The translations under genes and the position numbers were made by a program. The notes below the pieces were generated by a model. The model was given only the letters and a program-made list of their open reading frames with translations, made no database searches and was not told the origin of the DNA. Below, one piece after another: positions 39,836 through 52,000 of a stretch of DNA of 64,000 bases. The stretch is from Methanobrevibacter sp. (GTDB lineage Archaea; Methanobacteriota; Methanobacteria; Methanobacteriales; Methanobacteriaceae), in assembly GCF_015062935.1 (NCBI RefSeq), contig NZ_SUTM01000004.1, positions 25,106 to 89,105 on the forward strand, read 5' to 3'. Each line of letters starts with the position of its first letter. Within the stretch, counting starts at the first letter, position 1.

Positions 39836-42427
39836 ATGCTAGTTTTAAAGAAAATCAAAAAACAGTGGAGGCTATATCCGATAGGTTCTCCGAAAGGCGC
39901 ACTCAACCATAAGAGAAAACCTGAATTTGTCGGCAACATCAAATTTTCACATGATGGCGATTCACTGTCAATTGCAAGGTTTGTAGCGGATTATAATTTC
40001 AATGACAATTCCACATTGAATGAAAAGCTGGTTCCTCCAGGCGAAGTCATTAAACTGCTCAGATCTCAGGCTGTTTTTCTAGCAACTAAAGATGAAAAAG
40101 TTGAAAAATACCTGAAATCCCTTAACATCAAGGTCAGGCACACTCAGGTATGTGACTACTGTGCATATGAAGGAAATATTACAATAGTCAATTCAGATTA
40201 TTCCTATAACTTTAACAATCAGCTGATTTGTAAGGACTGTGCTCATGACACTATAAAACAGGAATTAAAGCTCCAGGGATTTGATAAGGCAATCTTTAGA
40301 AACCTGCAAAACACCTTGGAAAAAACCGGAAGTCTTGAAAAGACATTGTCTGTTCTAGATCCTCATTTTGATGCGATAAAAAACAGAAAACTGACATTAT
40401 TCGATAAGACTAAAAAATCAAGACATATCGTACCTCCTGTTGACATGAAGAGGCTTAAAATTCCTAAGGACTTCAAAAAGGTATTGCTTGATTCAGGAAA
40501 CACAAAGCTATTGCCTGTGCAATATCTCTCCATTAAGGAAGGGCTACTTAAAGGCGAAGACCTGCTGGTTGTAAGTGCCACAGGTTCCGGTAAGACTCTC
40601 GTAGGGGAGCTTGCAGGAATCACAGAAGCCCTGAAAGGCAAGAAATTCGTATTTCTAACCCCTCTGGTCGCACTTGCAAACCAGAAATACAGGGATTTTA
40701 AAAAGAAATATTCTCAGCTGGGTTTAAAGGTGGCCATCAAGGTTGGAAGAAACCGTGTCAAGGCAAAAGGGGAATTGAATCTTCCCGATTCTGACGTTTC
40801 CAAGGCTGATATTGTGGTTGCTACCTATGAAGGTATTGATTATCTTTTAAGAAACGGAAATTCCTCATCACTATCCAATCTGGGTGTTGTTCTGATAGAT
40901 GAGATTCACATGATTGATGATGAGGACCGTGGAACAAGACTGAACGGTTTGATAAAGCGTATTAAACATTTATATCCCAAAACTCAAATCATCGGATTGT
41001 CAGCAACAGTTAAAAATCCTGAATTTTTAGCAGATGAGTTCAACATGAAGCTGGTAAAATATGACGAGCGTCCGGTTCCTCTGGAAAGGCACCTTGTTTA
41101 TGTTAGAAACGAGTCTCAAAGACGCCATCTTATGCAGAGACTGGCCAAAAGGGAATTCAATACAAAATCCAAAAAAGGCTTCAGGGGCCAGACAATAATA
41201 TTTACAAATTCAAGAAGAAAAACTCACCAGATTGCCAATTTCCTGACAAATAAAAGGGTCAATGCAAAGGCATATCATGCAGGACTGTCCTATTATAAAA
41301 AGGAAAAGATTGAAAAGGACTTTGACAAGGGTAAGATTTCATGTGTTGTAACAACAGCAGCTCTTGCAGCGGGAGTGGACTTTCCGGCTTCACAGGTAAT
41401 ATTCGACTCCCTGATAATGGGAAACAAGTGGATCAATCCAAACGAGTTTTCACAGATGCTTGGCCGTGCAGGAAGACCGTCCTATCATGACCGGGGCATA
41501 GTTTATTTAATTCCTGAGATAGGCAATGATTTTCAGGGAGAATCTGAAGAGGCAATGGCATTGGAGCTTTTGGAAAGCAATAGTGAAGATGTATTCATTG
41601 AATATGATGAGGAGTCAGCATATGAGCAGATACTTGCAGACATTTCCTCAACTTCAATTAAATCACTGGATGAGCTTAATAAATTTTATAAAAATATTGA
41701 TGTTCCTATAAGCATTAAGATAGCAGTTGACGAGATGGAAGAGTTAGGATTAATTAATAGGAGCATAAATAATAAATTAGATGTAACAAAATATGGCCGG
41801 GCAACTTCGGTATCATTTTTATCTATAGATGATGCGGAATTCATCAAGAATACACTGCATGACTATAATTATCTTAAAAGGTATGTCGGTTTGTCTCCGA
41901 TGTACAAGAAAAAGGATAAGTATGATAAATTGAAGGTTTTAATCCTTGCAATGGCACTGGATTTGGAGATGTTTGAAAATGCATATCTGTCAAATGTTAT
42001 TCACAATCAGATATCAAATGCATTAAAAATCAAGTTTTCAACCAGACTGTTCGCAGAATCAACCTTGGATATCATTTCCAGTGGTGAAGCAATCGAAAAG
42101 GTTGACAAAAAATTCCAGGATGCGCTGATTGCGCTTCAAACGGATTTCATGCAATGCAGATGTCAGGACAGGCCATTCTGTTCATGCATGCAGAGGGGAA
42201 TCTCTGAGGTGATAGTTCACGAAAGGCTTAAAGGCAAGGACCCTCAAGACATATCAAATAAGCTGTTTAGAAAATATCAGATTCAGGTATATCCGGGAGA
42301 TATATTCTCCTGGCTGGATAATTTCGTAAAAAATTTGGATGCAATCAAAAGGATTGCAAAAGCGTTTAATCGACAGAATATTGTTAAAAAGACTAATTGG
42401 TTAATTAAAAAAATAGAAAACGGGTGA
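39836..42427 (+). CDS. Archaea-specific Ski2-like SF2 helicase (ASH-Ski2/COG1202 type)
   Basis: SATGSGKT, DEIH, GLSAT, QMLGRAGR; N-terminal CxxC...CxxC and C-terminal CxC...CxC Cys clusters. Confidence 0.9.
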   Translation: MLVLKKIKKQWRLYPIGSPKGALNHKRKPEFVGNIKFSHDGDSLSIARFVADYNFNDNSTLNEKLVPPGEVIKLLRSQAVFLATKDEKVEKYLKSLNIKVRHTQVCDYCAYEGNITIVNSDYSYNFNNQLICKDCAHDTIKQELKLQGFDKAIFRNLQNTLEKTGSLEKTLSVLDPHFDAIKNRKLTLFDKTKKSRHIVPPVDMKRLKIPKDFKKVLLDSGNTKLLPVQYLSIKEGLLKGEDLLVVSATGSGKTLVGELAGITEALKGKKFVFLTPLVALANQKYRDFKKKYSQLGLKVAIKVGRNRVKAKGELNLPDSDVSKADIVVATYEGIDYLLRNGNSSSLSNLGVVLIDEIHMIDDEDRGTRLNGLIKRIKHLYPKTQIIGLSATVKNPEFLADEFNMKLVKYDERPVPLERHLVYVRNESQRRHLMQRLAKREFNTKSKKGFRGQTIIFTNSRRKTHQIANFLTNKRVNAKAYHAGLSYYKKEKIEKDFDKGKISCVVTTAALAAGVDFPASQVIFDSLIMGNKWINPNEFSQMLGRAGRPSYHDRGIVYLIPEIGNDFQGESEEAMALELLESNSEDVFIEYDEESAYEQILADISSTSIKSLDELNKFYKNIDVPISIKIAVDEMEELGLINRSINNKLDVTKYGRATSVSFLSIDDAEFIKNTLHDYNYLKRYVGLSPMYKKKDKYDKLKVLILAMALDLEMFENAYLSNVIHNQISNALKIKFSTRLFAESTLDIISSGEAIEKVDKKFQDALIALQTDFMQCRCQDRPFCSCMQRGISEVIVHERLKGKDPQDISNKLFRKYQIQVYPGDIFSWLDNFVKNLDAIKRIAKAFNRQNIVKKTNWLIKKIENG

Positions 42428-42433
42428 AATGCA

Positions 42434-44050
42434 ATGTATGCGGAAGATAAAATATTGATTGGTTGCAATGAAAACGTTTGTGTTGAATTGCTTCCGAAGC
42501 TGGCTAACCGTCACGGTCTGATAGCTGGTGCAACAGGTACAGGTAAAACAATAACTTTGAAAACATTGGCTGAATCATTTTCAGACATGGGCGTTCCTGT
42601 ATTTTTGGCTGACATGAAAGGAGACATTTCAGGACTTGCCAAAATAGGTTCTGAAACAGATAAAATCAAAACCAATGTTGAAAAATATGGTCTTGCTGCA
42701 AAAGGATTCAAATATCAGGCATATCCTGTAGAGTTCTGGGATCTGTTTGGAGTTAAAGGACTGCCTGTCCGTGTTTCATTATCTGAAATGGGCCCTACAC
42801 TTCTGGGAAAAATCCTAAACCTGTCCGAAGCACAGCAGGGAGTCCTTAATATAGTATTTAAAGTGGCTGATGAAAAATCTCTTTTAATCATTGACATGAA
42901 GGATTTAAAGTCAATGATCAATCATGTTGTTGAAAACAAGGCCGAATATGAAAGTGAATACGGAGCAATTGCCGATAAGTCAGCTAATACAATTCTGAGA
43001 AGTCTCATTACTCTGGAAGATCAGGGAGGAAACGATTTCTTCGGTGAACCTGCACTGGTTTTGGATGACTTTATGAGAGTGGACGACAACGGAAAAGGTA
43101 TCATCAACATTCTTGATGCTCAAAAATTATCCCTGTCACCTGAAATATACTCAACATTCCTTTTATGGATGCTGTCCGAATTGTTTGAAAACCTGCCTGA
43201 AGTAGGGGACATGGATAAGCCAAAATTCGTATTCTTCTTTGACGAGGCACATCTTCTGTTTGATGACATGTCACCTGAATTCGGCAAAAAAATCGAACAG
43301 ATTGTAAGGCTGATCAGGTCAAAAGGCGTTGGACTGTACTTCATATCACAGTCTCCTGCAGACATTCCTGACGATATCCTTGCACAGCTTGGAAACCGTG
43401 TACAGCATGCGCTTCATGCATACACACCAAAAGACCAGAAAGCCGTTAAAGTGGCTGCCGAAACATTTAGGCCAAACCCTGATTTCGACACATCAACAGT
43501 GATTTCCGAGCTTGGAATAGGTGAAGCACTGGTTTCAGTTCTGGATGAAAAGGGTGTTCCAAGCATTGTTGAAAAGGTTGACATTGTTCCTCCTCAAAGC
43601 TTCATCGGAGCGATTGACGATACAATGCGCTCTGAGCTGATTAACCTTTCAGAGTTGAAATCCAAATACTGGGAAGCTGTAGATGGACTTTCCGCTTATG
43701 AAATGCTTTTAAACAAGATTGATTCAAATCCTAATGTTGAAAGTGAAGTTCCGCAGGTTGACATGGAAGTAATCGAAGAGGCAAAGGTTGAAGTTCAAGC
43801 TGAACCTGCTCCAGAACCTGTCCAGCCGGAAGCGGAAGAAGCTCCTCAGCAGCCTCAGCAGGGTGCCGGCGGAATTCTTGGTGATATTATAGGTAGCGTT
43901 CTTGTTGGTCAAACACAGACTGCAGGCAAAAAAACCAAAAAGACCGCTCAGCAAAAGGCAATTGAAAAGGCAGCTTCACAGGCAATGAACACAGCCGCAC
44001 GTGAAGTTACAAAAGGTCTTATGAGAGGAATATTCGGTCAGATGAAATAA
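42434..44050 (+). CDS. HerA-like ATPase (DUF853/YjgR family)
   Basis: NRHGLIAGATGTGKT, DMKGDISG, FFFDEAHLLF, IRSKGVG, QLGNRVQHALHAYTPKDQKAV; Pro/Gln/Glu-rich linker near the C-terminus. Confidence 0.9.
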   Translation: MYAEDKILIGCNENVCVELLPKLANRHGLIAGATGTGKTITLKTLAESFSDMGVPVFLADMKGDISGLAKIGSETDKIKTNVEKYGLAAKGFKYQAYPVEFWDLFGVKGLPVRVSLSEMGPTLLGKILNLSEAQQGVLNIVFKVADEKSLLIIDMKDLKSMINHVVENKAEYESEYGAIADKSANTILRSLITLEDQGGNDFFGEPALVLDDFMRVDDNGKGIINILDAQKLSLSPEIYSTFLLWMLSELFENLPEVGDMDKPKFVFFFDEAHLLFDDMSPEFGKKIEQIVRLIRSKGVGLYFISQSPADIPDDILAQLGNRVQHALHAYTPKDQKAVKVAAETFRPNPDFDTSTVISELGIGEALVSVLDEKGVPSIVEKVDIVPPQSFIGAIDDTMRSELINLSELKSKYWEAVDGLSAYEMLLNKIDSNPNVESEVPQVDMEVIEEAKVEVQAEPAPEPVQPEAEEAPQQPQQGAGGILGDIIGSVLVGQTQTAGKKTKKTAQQKAIEKAASQAMNTAAREVTKGLMRGIFGQMK

Positions 44051-44059
44051 GGTGGTTAA

Positions 44060-44551
44060 ATGGCACATCCTCATAAAGAGGCTATTGCAAATATGCCTGC
44101 TTCATCTCTGGTAGGTATAATTGAAGAGTCTAAGGTGACTTACGTTAGGGAAAATTTAAGTGTATTTCTGCATGAAAGCCAAATCAAACTCTTAAAACAG
44201 GTCAAAAAGCATGAAAAGCCTCATCACAAAAAGATTAGGATAAAACAGTTTGAAAGGGCTAAAAAAGACGACTTGTTTAACCTGCATTTAGGTCTGTATT
44301 TAAAGAAATATAAGAAACTTGAAAAGCTTGGTTTGATTGAAATAGATTTGAATCCCGGAAACGGACTGGAATATGACTGCGCTTTAACACCTAAAGGCCT
44401 AGGGGTTTTGGATGAAATAGCGGACCTTGAAAGTAAATGGGAAGGCGTTGTCGGCGTTACAGACGATGATTTGGAAGTCCTTAAAAAACTTGCACTTGAT
44501 TCATTTGAAATATCCTACAGACACAAGAAAAACAGGGAATTTATTTTCTAG
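44060..44551 (+). CDS. Hypothetical protein, degenerate MarR-like winged helix
   Basis: KLEKLGLIEI...ALTPKG wing pattern; AGGTGG RBS; 9 nt after the HerA-like gene. Confidence 0.6.
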   Translation: MAHPHKEAIANMPASSLVGIIEESKVTYVRENLSVFLHESQIKLLKQVKKHEKPHHKKIRIKQFERAKKDDLFNLHLGLYLKKYKKLEKLGLIEIDLNPGNGLEYDCALTPKGLGVLDEIADLESKWEGVVGVTDDDLEVLKKLALDSFEISYRHKKNREFIF

Positions 44552-44723
44552 GTAATTGTTTTTTTCAATTACTTACTTTTTTTATTTTTAAAACAGTATT
44601 TATTTTACTTTATTTTTTTATATTCTAATTATAAAATTGTATTTTAAAAAATAGAATAGTTTAATAATTAGTTTTCTTAAATGAATAATTACAATCAAAA
44701 ATTAAACAATTTAAGGTGTAATT

Positions 44724-45545
44724 ATGGTGTCTAATATTAGTGAAAAGTCAATATTGCTTTCTGATAAAGCTATGGAATGCTGTATGAATGGAAATTTTGA
44801 AAATGCTTTGAAATATTTTGATGAAGGTCTGAGTGTAGATGAAGACAACATTTTGCTTTTGTACAACAAAGCGGGGTGTCTGGTTAACATGGGTGAAATC
44901 GAACAGTCAGATCCTATTTTTAAAAAAATAATCGGTCTTTGCGACGAGATGGACAAATCAGAACTGGTTTTAAATATCAAGGCAAATTCATATACTTACT
45001 TGAGGGACTTCGACAGTGCAAGGGAAGTCTTTGAAGAAATATTGAAAGATTTCCCAAACAACGTTGACGGTCTGCTTTCAAGGGCGATTTATCTAAAAAG
45101 GGAATGCATGTATGATGATTCTCTTGAAGTATTCAGAAAAGTCCTGAATCTGGACCCGGACAATTTTGAAGCAAACATGTATATGGGGGAACTGCTGCTT
45201 GATTTGGGAGGTCATGAGGAATGCAAAAAGTTCATTGACAAAGCCTTTGAATTATGTCCGGACTTTCCATATATTCTATATATTAAAGGATGTTACTTTG
45301 CAGCGGTTTGTGAAGATTACAAAAAGGCTATTGAGTATTATGATAAAGCTATAAATATTGAACCGGGTTTAGTAAAGTGTTACTTTGAAAAGTCCAAATG
45401 TCTTGTTCTTTTGGGAAAGGCTGATGAGGCTAAAAAAAGTTTCAATAAGATATATGAACTCAATCCTGAGTTTTATGATGAATCTCATAAGGAATTGCTG
45501 GACGATATAATTGAAATGCTGGCCAATCATTATTTCATGGATTGA
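44724..45545 (+). CDS. Tetratricopeptide repeat protein
   Basis: Repeated ~34-aa units (YFDEGLSVDEDN, FRKVLNLDPDN, YDKAINIEPG). Confidence 0.9.
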   Translation: MVSNISEKSILLSDKAMECCMNGNFENALKYFDEGLSVDEDNILLLYNKAGCLVNMGEIEQSDPIFKKIIGLCDEMDKSELVLNIKANSYTYLRDFDSAREVFEEILKDFPNNVDGLLSRAIYLKRECMYDDSLEVFRKVLNLDPDNFEANMYMGELLLDLGGHEECKKFIDKAFELCPDFPYILYIKGCYFAAVCEDYKKAIEYYDKAINIEPGLVKCYFEKSKCLVLLGKADEAKKSFNKIYELNPEFYDESHKELLDDIIEMLANHYFMD

Positions 45546-45957
45546 TTATTCTAAAATCAATTGCCAGTGAGTCATATGCATATTTAACTGTTTGAACTGC
45601 TTGATTTTTGCTTTCAAAGTAATAAAGGTGGCTTTCACAATCACAATCGCTGCAGCCGAAACCCTCAATTCCATAGGCTTTTGATGTTAGAAATTGTGAA
45701 AGTTCACATTCAATTTTTTTAGGTGAGACATTGCATATTACTTTTTCAATTTCAGATTCCTTTAGAAAGTAGTCTATGTGCCAGTGAAGCTTTTTTTCAT
45801 CGCTTAGATGTCTTTTAATTCTTGATTCAAGTGAATTCATGGCTGAGCCTACATAGACATAATAACCTTTCTTAAACTCTATTTTTCCGAGTTTTTTTCC
45901 TATCTTGACAGTTCTATCATTATTTAATTTGATTATCAAACAGTAACAGCCTTTCAT
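45535..45957 (-). CDS. GIY-YIG (Uri superfamily, DUF123-like) endonuclease
   Basis: GCYCL...YVYVGSA...RIKRH...HWHIDY...IECEL...GFGCSDCDCESHL. Confidence 0.87.
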   Translation of the reverse strand: MKGCYCLIIKLNNDRTVKIGKKLGKIEFKKGYYVYVGSAMNSLESRIKRHLSDEKKLHWHIDYFLKESEIEKVICNVSPKKIECELSQFLTSKAYGIEGFGCSDCDCESHLYYFESKNQAVQTVKYAYDSLAIDFRIINP

Positions 45958-46055
45958 CAGTTTTGAATATGTCTTTTTAAGTATAAATTTTTAAAGTGAG
46001 TTGATTATTTATATTATTATAAATATAAATTAAATTAATGTAAATTAAATTTTAG

Positions 46056-49000
46056 TTGAGATCAAATATGTTTAAAAAGGATAGGATTTTATTTAATATA
46101 TGCTTGACATTATTGTTTTTATTGATAATAATTCCTGCAAGCTTTGCTTCTGATAATTCTGAGGATATATTAAATAACAATGATTTTAATGAAACCTTAT
46201 ATCTTTCAGCAAATTTAGATGATAATATCCTAAGGGCATCCAATGATTATTATTTCAATGCTTCAGCTGAAGATGATGGGGACGGATCTATAAACAATCC
46301 GTATAAATATCTAACTGCAGATAGAATTAAATCAAACTGTAATATATATCTTGCAGATGGGGAATATGAACTGGATTCTAATAAAAATATTGAAAGAGTC
46401 AATATTTATGGTAGTGATGTTGAAAAAACCATAGTAAGCTATGCAGGTGTCGGATTCTTTGTAAGTACCTCTTTGACAATACAAAATGTAACTTTCGTTG
46501 ATATGTCAATTACCAATTATGGTAAAATTGCAGCCAATAACACTGTCTTTTCCTATGGATATGGCTCACGTTCTGATTCCTATGGGAATAATTTTGGAGG
46601 GGCAATTTACACTCCTTCTGATTACTCCAATGCAGTTTTAACACTTAATAACTGTACTTTTAATGACAATTATGCGGTTTATGGCGGTGCAATTTATATG
46701 GCTAGCGGCAGTCTAGAAATTACAGATTCACTGTTTATCAACAATCTTGCATATAATTATGGTGGGGCCATTGCATGTGAAAATACCGCCAGTGTAGTCA
46801 TTTCAAAATCCAAGTTTTATAATTCACGTTCAGTGGATGATGCGGGTGGAGCAATTTACCTTAAATATTCTTCATTTGAAGGGAAAAACATTGATTTTAT
46901 TAATTGTTCTGCAACATTCGGAGCAGCAATAACTTCTTTAAAATCAATTTTTTCCTTAAATAATGGATATTTTGAAAACAATTCTGCAAAATGGAATGGT
47001 GGAGCAATTTACCACATGTATGATGATTTTACAATGACAAGTTCAAAATTCATCAACAATTCTGCCAGAAAGGGTGGGGCTGTATTTATAGACAACTGCA
47101 CTTCTCTTTATCTGAGAGCAAATATATTTACAGCTAATAGTGCATCTTTTGTCGGAGGTGCAGTGTATTCTCTTTTAAACATAGTTAAAGTTCCAATACT
47201 GGGATTTAATAAATTTTCAGATAATCAAGCATATCTAAGTGAAAATCTTTTTGACTCTTCAAATATTAATCTGACAATGGGTAGTGGAAATTATTCCATG
47301 GTTAAATTTAATGACAGTCCGATAGATGCAATTCCTTCCAGGTATAGTCTGTATGAAAACGGATTTACGACTGTTGTAAAAGACCAGCAAACTTCCGGTA
47401 ACTGCTGGGCATTTACAGCTATTTCCGTTTTGGAATCATGTATACTGAAAGCTACAGGCAATACATATGATTTGTCAGAAGAAAACATGAAAAATCTGGC
47501 CGCTTTATTTTCAGATTATGGATGGAATATGAATACAAATGATGGTGGATATGATTATATGCCGTGGGGATATCTGGCAAGCTGGCTAGGTCCGGTATCT
47601 GAAATGGATGATTTATTTGACGATAAATCAGTACTGTCTTCCATATTCAACAGTATTTTCCATGTTCAAAATATACTGTTCTTATCACGTGACAATTACA
47701 CTGATAATGATGCTATAAAGGAAGCTATATTGAAATATGGGGCCGTTGGAACATCAATGGCATATTACAGCAACTATTATGATGACACAACCAAGGGATA
47801 TTACTGTTTTTCAAATGTGGCAAGCAATCATGCAGTAACAATTGTAGGATGGGATGACAATTATTCAAAATCCAATTTCAAATGGGCAAACTATATTGAA
47901 GGTGACGGTGCATGGATTGTAAGAAACAGCTGGGGACCTTCCTGGGGTGAAAACGGATACTTCTACGTATCATATTATGATATGAAATTTGCACAGCCTG
48001 GAGTAAACGCCTCATCATACACAATAATCTTCAATGACACAAAAAGATATGATAAAAATTACCAGTATGATATAGCAGGAATTACAGATTTCTTCTGCAA
48101 TTCTTCAAATGCTGTATGGTATAAAAATATATTCACTGCCGGTGCTGATGAATATCTTGCAGCTGTTTCTACATACTTTGAAAAAATAACCAATTGGACA
48201 GCATCTATATATGTAAATGATGAGCCGGTACTGGTTAAAAAAGGAATCTCCAATCCCGGTTATTACACCTTTGATTTAGGTCAGTTAATACCATTAAAAG
48301 CCGGTGACGTATTTGAAGTTGTTTTCAATATTTTAGTTGGTGGTGAAGCAAATTTCCCAATCTCCGAAGCAAAATCTCTAAACAGGATGCTTTATAAACC
48401 CGGAATTTCATTTGTAAGCTATGACGGCAAGCAATGGCAGGATTTATATGACCTTGAATGGGCATATTCAACTCATTCGTATAAATCTCAGGTAGCAAGC
48501 ATTAAAGCGTTTACAATCTTAAATCCGATTGCTGTAAACACTTCTTTAAATGTCAGCTATGACGGTTTCAATCCGGTCACCCTTACTGCAAAAGTCATAG
48601 ATGAATATGGAAACCTTTTAGATGGTGAAGTTTTATTCAATATCAATGGTGAAGATCACTACGTTAATGCAAGTAAAGGGCAGGCTGTTTTAGAATGTGA
48701 TTTAAACCAGACAACCAATTTCATCTCAGCAAAATTCATTGCTCCGGGCTATATTTCATCCGCAGATTACAAATCCGTTGAAATCAGTGTCCGTCAAATA
48801 AATCTGACTTCAAGCATTTCAAGAGTTCTAAACAACGTAACTATAGAAGTAATGGCAAATGAAACACTTAACATAACTGTCAGTGTGGTTGTAAATGATG
48901 ATTCATATGAGATTGAATTAATCAATGGTCAATCCAGTCTTAACTTATCTAATCTTTTAAATGATGTCTATACTGTAACTGTCTATTCAGCAGAGCAGAT

Positions 49001-52000
49001 TTACTCTTCAAATATTATTGAAGACAGCTTTACTGTAGATGTTAGAAATACTACAATTTCTGCTGATGATTTGACTATATATGACAGTCAGTTAATTTAT
49101 AACATTACATTGACAGATTCTGAAGGCAATCTCCTGTCCGATAAAAATATCAGATTTGTCATAAACAATGAAACTTACAATGCAACTACTGATAACGGTA
49201 TTGCAACACTTGTTTTAAACCTTGAACTGGGCAAATATATAGTTGATATTGATTTTGAAGGAACCAATGATTATCTTAAATCAAATTCCTCTAAAACAGT
49301 AATCGTTAAAGACATAGTTGAGATGAATGTCAGCTATGAGAAATATCAGGACACTGCGGTTGTTCATGTGAATATTTCAAAACCGCTTAACGAGACCCTG
49401 TCAGTTAAGATTAACAATAATACTCAAAACATAACCTCCATAAACGGAATTGCAATTTTAAACTTAACCTCTCTTGAAAACGGCAAATACGATATTGAAA
49501 TCAGTATTGCAAATGAAAATTACTTCTTCAATCAGACAGTTATTGAATTTGTCATTGATGTCTTTGACACTGTTATTGCTGCTGATGATTTGATATGTGA
49601 TGATAGTAATGTGGTAAATTACACAGTACGTTTAACTGACATTAAAGGAAATCCTTTAGCTAATAAGTCAGTAGAATTTATTTTAAATAATAACAGTTAC
49701 ATTTCTTTAACAGATGATAATGGTGAAGCCAGCATATTGGTTAATCTGACTGCAGGTGCTTATGATGTTTTAGTAAACTTTAACGGTGAAGATAATTTCT
49801 TCTCTTCATCTGAAAAATCACTCATTTCTGTTCATCCTAAGGTTGATATTGCATTGGAAGTTGAAAAGTACCAGAACAAGGTCTCTTTAAACATTTCCCT
49901 GTCAAAAGCAATTAACGAAACATTAACAGTCATAGTTAACGATAATAAATTCAATATCACATCCCATAATGGTTTGGCCAGTATGGATTTGTCAAATCTT
50001 GATAATGGCATTTACGATATTGAAATCCGATTGGACAATGATTCTTATGTATTTGAAGCTTGTAAAACTTCATTTGAGGTTAATGTAAGTGAAAGCAAAA
50101 TCATTTTGGATAATTTGACTCTAACTGATGATGCTGAGATGAATTTTACAGCTATTTTGGTGGACGGTAAAAATCAGCCAATTTCCAATAAAACCCTGGA
50201 ATTCACTTTAAACAATGAAACCTACAGTATCATAACAGATTCCAATGGAAAATCATCTATTCCTCTAAATCTGCCTCTCGGCAAGTATGATGTTTTAGTT
50301 AAATTCACAGGTGATGACAGTTACTTTGATTGCGAGTCTACTTCTCAAATCAAAGTAAAATCAAAAGTTACAGTCAGTTTGGACGTTGAAAAATATCAAA
50401 ATACTGCAAAAATCAATGTTGGTTTATCCAAAGACATTGATGGTCCGGTTACAGTTATTGTAAATGGTAAAAGATATGATGTTAATTCTATTTTAGTTTT
50501 AAACAGTCTTGAAAACGGTATTTACAATGTTTCCGTTGAGCTTAATGACAGCTATGAATTCAATAATGTATATGATCAGTTCACTGTAGATGTCTGTGAA
50601 ACAATAATCGTTGCAAATGACTTGACTATTGTTGAAAATCAGTTTGCTGAATTTAACATAACTTTAATGGATGTTAACGGCACAGCTGTATCTGGACGTT
50701 TGATTGATATTGTAGTGGATGGAAAAACATATGGTGTTGAAACAGATTTAAATGGGCTTTGCCAAATTCCTGTTAACCTGACAAATGGACTTTATGATGT
50801 TCATATTTCATTTGCGGGAGATGACAATTACTTTAACTGCTCAAAAAATGTATCAATTAAAGTTAGAGAAAATGTTTTAATTGAGATGAACATTAATGTT
50901 GAAACAAATAACGTATATATTAATATCTCATCATCAAAAACTGTCAATGGAACATATGTTGTCAAAATCAATGATGAAACTTTCAGATTCAACACCAATG
51001 GAACATCAAATATTGTTTTACTTAATAAAACTAAAGGAAATTATGTTGTTGAGGTTTATCTTGAAAATGAAATGGATTATAATGTGAATAACCTTTCAGA
51101 TGATTTTGAAGTTCAAGCCAAACAGGCATTTTTAAAATCAGATATCTCACAGGTATATGTTGGAGGTTTTTATAAAGTAACATTATCAAATTCAATGGGA
51201 TTGCCTTTATCAGACAGTAAAATCAGATTTGAGTTCAACGGCAACTCTTACACTGTTAATACTGACAGTAACGGTGAAGCTTATTTAAGGTTAAATTTAA
51301 CTGAAGGCAATTATTCTATCAATGTTTACTTTGCAGGCGATAACTATTATGATGGAGCAAATTTAACTGCTGATTTTGAAGTTAAATCAACAATATTGAA
51401 CAATAACACTTCAGATAAGACCTATAATTCCAAATATACTGTAATCTTTTTGGACAGTAATGGAAATCCTTTGAATAATTCAAATGTTAAATTCATTATA
51501 AATGATAAGGAATATGTAGCGACAACTGATGAAAATGGTTTGGCATCTCTTCAGATTCAGGAGGGTGTCGGTAATTATAATCTGACCATTATTAACCTGA
51601 AGACTGGTGAAACTCTAATTCACTCAATTAAGGTCTCACCAAGGATAACAAATAACAAAGACATGACAATTTATGCATTAAGTGGCAAAAAGTTCACAAT
51701 CAGAGCTTATGATGATAATGGAAATCCTGCAGGATTGGGTGAAAATATAGCTGTTAAAATAGCTGGAAAGACATATACGATTACAACCAACGCAAATGGT
51801 TATGCATCCCTTAAAATAAATCTGATAAATAAAAAATATACAATCACAGCAACATACAAAGGATTTAAGGTATCCAATGTCCTTACTGTAAAACCTGTTT
51901 TGATAACTGTCAATAAGGTTTTCAAAAAGGCAAAATCCTATAAATTCCGTGCGAAATTGGTAAATGGCAATGGAAAAGCATTAAAGAATAAGAAAATTAC

